From NCBI GenBank assembly GCA_004431415.1, contig QPMI01000095.1, forward strand, positions 62,001-126,000: a DNA stretch of 64,000 nt, written 5' to 3'. Under the pieces are notes generated by a model. The model was given only the letters and a program-made list of their open reading frames with translations, made no database searches and had not been told where the DNA came from. Both the position numbers and the translations under genes were made by a program. Source of the DNA: Cyanophora paradoxa CCMP329 (Eukaryota; Plantae; Glaucophyta). Positions within the stretch are counted from its first letter, which is position 1, and every line of letters begins with the position of its first letter. Shown piece after piece: positions 57,396 through 64,000 of this stretch.

Positions 57396-58167
57396 ATGAG
57401 CGCGTCGCCGGCGCCGGTCAAGGCGGTGGCGGACTGCGTGTTCGACCTTCTGCACAACGAGATCGTCGACTGGGCGTCGCAGACGGCCGGCCCCTCCACC
57501 GACGCGGTCGTCCAGAAGCTCGACCGCCTCGGCTTTCAGGTCGGATACAGGCTAGCGGAGCGGTGCGTCGACGAGGGTGGCCACTTGTCTGCCCCGTCCG
57601 CTGACGCCCTCGCCCGCAGCTACTCGCGGGAGAAGCCGCGGTTCGCCGACACGCTGGAGATCATCAAGTTCCTCTGCAAAGAGTTCTGGACCGAGGCATT
57701 CAAGCGCCAAGTGGTGCGCCCGCCCGCCAGCTGCCGCGGCCTCGACCTGACCTGTGACTGCCGCAGGACAACTTGAAGACGAACCACAGGGTGCGGGCCG
57801 CGTGCACGCGCGCTCCATTCGCGCCTTCTCACCTGCCCTCGCTCGCGCGCAGGGCGTCTTCGTGCTGCTGGACAAGAAGTTCCGCCTGATGGCCAACTTC
57901 TCGCCGCCGCCCTCTGCCAGCGCGAAGGACCTCGCGTCCATCCAGCTCGCCTTCACTTGCGGGATGATCCGCGGCGCGCTCCACGACCTCTCCGTCGCGG
58001 CGACGGTCACGGCCGAGTTCGCCACGCCGGCCCCGGCGCAGGACGCGCCTTTTCCATGTGCGCCCCCGTTCGCACGCGCCTTCGCCGCTGCAGCCCGGCT
58101 CTGACCGCGCGCCCCAGGCAACTTCACGATAAGAACGAAAGCTCCGCCGCCGCCGCCGCCGGTGTAG
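57396..58167 (+). CDS. TRAPPC6: TRAPP complex subunit 6 (Trs33/Bet3 family)
   Basis: LGFQVGYRLAER, RFADTLEIIKFLCKEFW, DNLKTNHRGVFVL and FTCGMIRGAL. Confidence 0.93.
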
Positions 58168-58661
58168 GCCCCGGAGGCCAGCACCGTCCCTCCCTCGTCT
58201 CGCCCTGCCCTGGCCCCGGCGCCTGTCCCCCTGGAGGGCCAGCGGTAATCCCTTCGACCCTGGGATGTCATCGTCATCGTCTCGGGGACCGCGACCCTGC
58301 ACCTCCGGCCCCGTGGAGGGCCTCTTCGGCCTCCCCGCAACCAGCGCACGCCCCCGGCCATGGCCAGCCCCGGAGACCGTCACACTTAGCTTGCCAGTTT
58401 CCAGAGCCTCAGCCAGAGCCCCCAGCGCTTTCCTGCGCTTTAACTGGCATCTGCGCTCAATTTGAAACGATTTACAGGAATTATGTGTCTGCCGACGTTC
58501 TCTGTGGGGGGAAAGAAGTTCACTGCTCTGCCTGCAATGCACACACATTAAAATAAGCTGCCCTGAAAATAAAATAGGCCGCTCCAAGTTGGAACGAAAC
58601 GGTTGACGGGGCTACGTTACAGGGTCCGACTGACTCGGAGGGGGAAACTGGAGAAGCGTGC

Positions 58662-61601
58662 CTACGCGTAGATGAAGTGGGCGACGCGGGAGCTCTGCGC
58701 CGCGTCCTGCGACTGCGGCTGCGCCAGGCCCGTCTGCACCCGCGACCCCGCGAACTGCGGCGGGGCGTCACGGGAGGGGGGGGAGAAACGGCGGGGGGTA
58801 CGCGGGCGAACCTCGGCTGTGGAGACGACGATGGAGACCTTAGCGCCGCCCTCGCCGCGCAGGACCGTCAGCTTCAGCTTCTGGCCGACCTTCGCGTCCT
58901 CCACCTGGGGGTACGCGAGTCAGAGGTAAGGGGATGCGCGGGTCGGAGAGGAGGTGGGGCTACGCCGCACCAGCTTCTGGAGCTCGTTGGAGGAGCGGAC
59001 GCGGCGCCCGTCGATCTGCGCGCGGGGCTCGCGCGGGGAGGGGTTCGAGGAGGGGTACGGGGACCGCACTTCGGTGATGACGTCACCCTTGCGCATGCCG
59101 GCGGTGGCGGCCGGCGTGTTCGGGATGACGTGCACGACCAGCACGCCCTCAACCTCCGCGATCGAGCCTGGCGCAGGTTGAGGGAGGGTACGTGAATGCC
59201 AACGATCGAAACGCCGCACCCGCGTTCGGGTCCGAGTTGTACCGCTTCGCGAGCTCCGGCGTGAGCGTCATCATCTGCGGGCGCGGGTTCGGATCCGGGA
59301 GGGAGCGTTCCATCCCCTTCTCCCCCCTCCCCCCGCCCACCTTGACGCCGATGTAGGGGTGCTTGACGCGCTCGCCGCGGGCGAGGACGTCCTTGATCGA
59401 CTTGGCCTGCTCCAGGCGGGCTCAGCCGGGGCGGGGCGGGCCGGGGCGGGGGGGCAGGGGCCGGGGGCGGGCCTTGTTGATGGGGATGGCGAAGCCGATG
59501 CCCTCGGCGTTCGCGCGGATCGCCGTGTTGATCCCCACAACCTGCGGGGCGGGGGCTCTCAGGGCGGGGGGCCGGCGGGGGCGACCCCTGCGGTCCGGGC
59601 CCACCTCGCCGAGCTCGTTGCAGAGGGGCCCTCCCGAGTTGCCCGGGTTGATCGCCGCGTCCTGCCCCCCCGGCCCCGTCGGCGCGGCGCGGCGCGGCGG
59701 GGCGCGGGGAAGGCGGATGCGGGGCACCGTCTGGATGAAGTCGACGCGCTTGTCGGGGATGCCGACCTGCGCCGGCCCGGCTCGGCGGGGCGCTCGGGGC
59801 CGGGGCCGGGGGGCGCGGGCGGGGGCGGGGGCGGGACCTCGGCGGAGGAGCGCTTGACGGAGGAGACGATGCCGAGGGTCACGGAGGAGTCCAGCCCCAG
59901 GGGGTTCCCTGCCCCCGCCGCGCCCCCTCGGACCCAGCTCACGCGCCGGGGGGCGGCGGGAGGGGCGCACCGAGGGCGATCGCCCAGTCCCCCGCCGCGA
60001 TCGTCTCCGAGTCCCCCAGCTCCGCGCTCGGCAGCGCCCGGCCCTGCCGGGAGGAACGGCAGGCGGTCAGCGCCGGCGGGGGCGGCGGCGGCGGCGCTGG
60101 CCGCGCGCGCTCGCTCGCCTTCGGCTCGATCTTGACGACCGCCAGGTCGACCAGCTCGTCCGTCCCCATGACCTGCAGGGCAGGGCGAGGCGGGGGGGTG
60201 AGATGCGAGGGGGGTGCGGGCACGGGGCTCGGCCCCCGCACCTTCCCCTCGAAGACCCGCGTGTCCATCAGCGTGACGGTCACCTGCGCGCACTGTTGGG
60301 GGCGGAGGAGAGAGCGCCCCGGCCGGAGTCGAGCTCGCCTTCTGCGCGTTCTTGACGACGTGGGCGTTGGTGATGATGAGGCCCGCCTTGTCCACGATGA
60401 TCCCGGAGCCCTGGCCTCGCTCCTGGGGGTGCGCTTCAGCGACCAAGGGGTGCGGAAGAGACCAGAGGGGCGGAGCGCGCCTTGCGGGCCGCGGGGGGCC
60501 GCCCCGGCTGGGCGGGGCCCGCCCGTCCCCGCCCGTTGCCGCCCCTCTCGTCCTCCTCCCCGCTGCCGAGCCGCGCCCGGTCAGAAACAATCGTACCCCC
60601 CGGCAGGAGCGGGGTACGCGCGCACAAGAACCAGCGGTGGAAGTCGCCCTCGCTGTCGAAGGGGCTCCGCGCGTTCACTGTCCGCTCCGTGTCGATGCGG
60701 ACGACTGCCGGCCCGACCTGCGCGGCGCGCTCGGTGGGGGATCCAGCGGGGCGGGAAGGAGCGGGGGGCGGGCCTTCTGGACGGCCCGGACGACGAAGTT
60801 CTGGGCGACGCGGGACGGCTTGGGGGCCGGCCGCGGGAGGGGGTCCAGGACCTCGTCCGAGGAGGACGCGACGGCCCCCGCCGACGCCGGCGCCTGTGCC
60901 GGCGCGGCCTCCGCCTCCCGCACCGCCGCGCCACCCGCGACGCTGGCGCCGGCGCCGGCGCTCGCGGCAGGAGCTGCGGCGAGGGTCGAGGCCGGCCGAA
61001 CGGGCGCCTGCCGGATCGGGGTGCGTGCGCCCCCTCGAGGCTGAACAAACGCAATCGCGCCAGCATCCACGCCTGCAAAACCGCTGGGCGGTGAGAGGAG
61101 CTGGCCTCCGGCGAGACGCAGGGCGATCAGGAACGCAGCGCCCGCAGCCGCCGCCGTGCGCAGGAGACGCTGGAGCTCCCGCGACCGGAACGGTCGAGCT
61201 ATGAAGCGCAAGATGGCGTCCAGCGGAACCGCCCAGTCGGGCAGGGGCCTCCCCTCCGTGCTTGCGTCCTGAAGCGCGTGAAGCATACGATGCGCGCGGC
61301 TACTCCGCGCGCCTCGCTGATCCCGGTCGCCGTGGCCTGTAAGCGTGCAGCTGATCTCAAAGTCGACGGGCCGATGGCCCGCGGGCGCCTCTAAGCGCCG
61401 ACGGCCGGCATGGAACGTTGGGACGCCGCCGGTCTCGCCAAGGCTGCCGTGAAAGACGATTCTCCTCCTGCTGGGCATGCGGAAGCCGGTGATGCGTCCG
61501 CATGACGAGGAGGGAGACGGCGTGGCCTGTATTTCCTGGTATTGCGCGGGGGGTTGTCCCGCAACACGAGGGGTGGGCGCTGGCGCCACGAACATCGCCA
61601 T
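58662..61601 (-). CDS. HtrA/Deg serine protease with PDZ domain, cyanobacterial HhoA/HhoB-like, with N-terminal presequence
   Basis: [19 protein letters not shown]...ITNAHVV (His), DLAVVKI (Asp), [16 protein letters not shown] (Ser), GIGFAIP, and [17 protein letters not shown]. Confidence 0.93.
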
Positions 61602-61780
61602 CCCGCCTTTGGATGCGCACCACCAAAGACAAGCCTGTTGACGAGGACGGTGTACCCCCAAAGCGACAACCCAAGGAGGAAATCTGCCCAAGCTGCTGGA
61701 CGCGAGCTCCACCGAATCGCAGTAGTAACGTAGCACGCGAACCCGGAAGGCGTTACTCGGCGGATTGATACGAGGCGACG

Positions 61781-62819
61781 ATGTCTAGGCCGGGCGGCGG
61801 GCCTCCGGCAGCCGGCGAGAACATAACGATCGCGCAACTTAGGCCATACTTAAAGCAGGTCAACTGCGTGTTCATCGTCCTTGAGAAGAGTGAGCGCCCG
61901 TGCAAGCCACCCCTCGCCTGCACGGGGCGCTCAACGCGGCGCGCGCGCGCGCAGCGAGCGTGACGAAGACGAAGGAGCAGAACACGATCACGCACGCGCT
62001 GGTCGCGGACAGCACCGCGTCCGTCAGCCTCTCGCTGTGGGACCAGCTCGGCGAGATGGTGCAGCCAGGCGACATCCTGCGGCTGAAGGGCGGGTGCGCT
62101 CGCCGTACCCGCCCGCACGCTCCGCCGCTGCCGTCGCGGGGGCGGCACTGCGGCCAAGCCTCTCGAACACTCTCGCCAGGTACTGCACCCTCTACAAGAA
62201 CTCTCTTGTCCTCTCCTCCGGCAAACTCGGGACCATCGAGCGAATCGGAGAGTGCGCTCGCCCCTCGGGGCCCCGTTACCCCAGGCAGCGCCCCACGAAC
62301 CCCCTTCGCAGGTTCTGTATGCTCTTCTCCGAAACGCCCAATATGTCCGCCTTTTCGTGGGTACCACAAGACCCGACGCAGCCGAACAATCCCGCCAAAT
62401 TCGTGCGCGAAGTTTCCCCCGACCCCCGTACCCACCATCCGCTCATCACCCGCGAGCAGAAGGCGTGCCCCCCCGGCTCGCCCGACGTACCCCCGCAGTT
62501 CCTGAACCAGGTGTACGGGCCCGTGGCTGGCCCCGGGGGGCCGGGCCCCGCCCCTACTCCAGGCCCCGGGGGCCCCAGCGACGCCTCGCCCCTCCCCGTC
62601 GGGGCGGCCCCCCGCCCGAACAGCTTCCCGCCCCGCGGGGCGGGCCCCCAGCAGCGGCCTCCCCCGCCGGCCTCGGGCCCCGGGCTGCAGCAGGCCGGCC
62701 CCGGAGCGCGCAGAACCTCGCCCAGCAACGCGCAGGCCGACGGGCCCGGGGGCGCCGCCGGCCCCGCCCGCCCCGGCTCCGAGAGGCCGCGGGACCCGAG
62801 GGCGCGCCCCCCCTCGTAG
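61781..62819 (+). CDS. SOSS complex subunit B / NABP (hSSB1-like OB-fold ssDNA-binding protein)
   Basis: [56 protein letters not shown] and a Pro/Gly-rich tail. Confidence 0.92.
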
Positions 62820-63370
62820 GCGCCGCGAGACCCATCCCGACTCACCCTCCCCGCGCCCGGCGCTTCGCGCCGCCGGGCCGAACGGAGCCGAAGCGGGGGC
62901 CGGAGCCACAAGGCGATTGGGGCCGCATCGGCTCGCCGCCACCCGGCCAGACCCCAGCGACACCGGAGGACCGCCGGCCCGCCGCCCCGGGTCCTTTCTC
63001 GCGCCGCGAGAGCGCGAGCGCGGCAGCCGTAACCGGCCGCCTTCTGCTCGAAGCACGGCCCAGTCCTGGTCACCTCGTAGAGACTTCATCGAATCGAAAT
63101 GAACGTGCACAATACACGGCGCCGATCCCGTCTGAAAGGCGATGCGGGGGGAGGGAGGAGGGATCTGGAAAAACGAATTCGAAAGCTGATTATATAAGCT
63201 CGCTAGCTCGAACTAGCAGGACTACCTGAGTAACGAAATCCAAAAATGTGAGCGCGGGCCCGGAGCCGCTCGCAGGCCGACTCCGAGTCAGCTCCGAGTC
63301 GAAGGCGGGAAAGCTCTGAAGTACACGCCGTGCGCGAGCTGCGCCAGGGCGGCGAGGAGGGCGCCCCGCC

Positions 63371-64000
63371 TCACGAGAGGGCGCCCCCGCAGGAGGAGCC
63401 GGAGCCGGCCGTGCACGCGTAGCAGTGCGAGCCTGGCGAGGTGCGAGCGCGGTCAGGCGGGGGCGAGGGCCCGGGCGGGGCGGGGCGGGGCGGGCGGGCC
63501 GGTGGCAATGGGGGTGCGGTCGAGCTCGGTGAGCGAATCGACGTCGAAGATGGTCATTCGGGCGCCTGCGCGCGCCGCGCCTCAGGCGGCGAGGACGACT
63601 TAAGCGTCGCCTCGGCGAGACGTATCGGCGGAGATTCGTCTAGGCTGGCCCAGTGGTGCCAATGGCACCAAAGAGACGCAGCCAGTCCGCGCGGCCGCGG
63701 GACGGGAAGCGCGGGGGGAGCCGCGCGGACCGTCGGGGCCGGTCAGCGGCATGTCGATGGCCTGGTTGAAGTCGCAGTCGAAGAGCGCCCCGTCCCACCG
63801 CACGTTCACCTGCCCCGTACCCCGCTCGCGGCGGGGCCCGGGGGGGGGGGGGGGGGGGGCGGGGAAGGAGGCGGGGGGTACCTGGTGCCGGCACATCACG
63901 TTGGGCAGCGTCGCGCCGTTGAAGTTGTCGGCGAGGAGCTTGAGGTAGTCGCCCAGCTTGCCCTCCCTGCCCCGGCGCCCGCGTGAGGGCGGGCGGGGGG
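63371..64000 (-). CDS. arsS: 3' part of an ArsS-like radical SAM protein (DUF3641 C-terminal domain)
   Basis: YLKLLADNFNGATLPNVMCRHQ|VNVRWDGALFDCDFNQ and terminal HCYACTAGSGSSCGGALS*; the gene continues beyond the window. Confidence 0.85.

Overview
Eukaryotic genomic DNA in three parts. (1) 1-~12620: a lower-GC, intronless endogenous Polinton-like virus, open at the left edge. It carries two penton-like minor capsid genes, a double jelly-roll major capsid gene, an A32 packaging ATPase, an HNH-AP2 endonuclease, small DNA-binding ORFs, an rve integrase and a protein-primed PolB with a putative terminal protein/OTU-protease N-terminus. Its right end holds repeat arrays and hairpins and appears to stop in ...CAACA inside an exon of a host Cys-rich membrane-protein gene. 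All seven frameshifts in its core genes are repaired by adding one C to a + strand C-run, so the element may really be intact. (2) ~18600-29300: an intermediate-GC region with a spliced minus-strand gene encoding about six tandem divergent AP2-like repeats. One intron of this gene carries a 1.9-kb poly(A)-tailed, TSD-flanked non-LTR retro-insertion. (3) 29400-64000: very GC-rich host genes with many short introns, several with GC donors: a coiled-coil protein, NSE1, a membrane protein, an RRM/RS-like protein, an F-box/LRR protein, low-complexity gene(s), LYAR, TRAPPC6, a cyanobacterial-type HhoA/Deg protease, SOSS-B/NABP and the 3' end of an ArsS-like radical SAM gene. The HhoA-type protease with an MAMFV presequence suggests a primary-plastid alga, possibly a glaucophyte (inference). 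Most long ORF-track entries beyond 29 kb are GC-rich artefacts. All calls come from motif recognition by eye; no searches were run.
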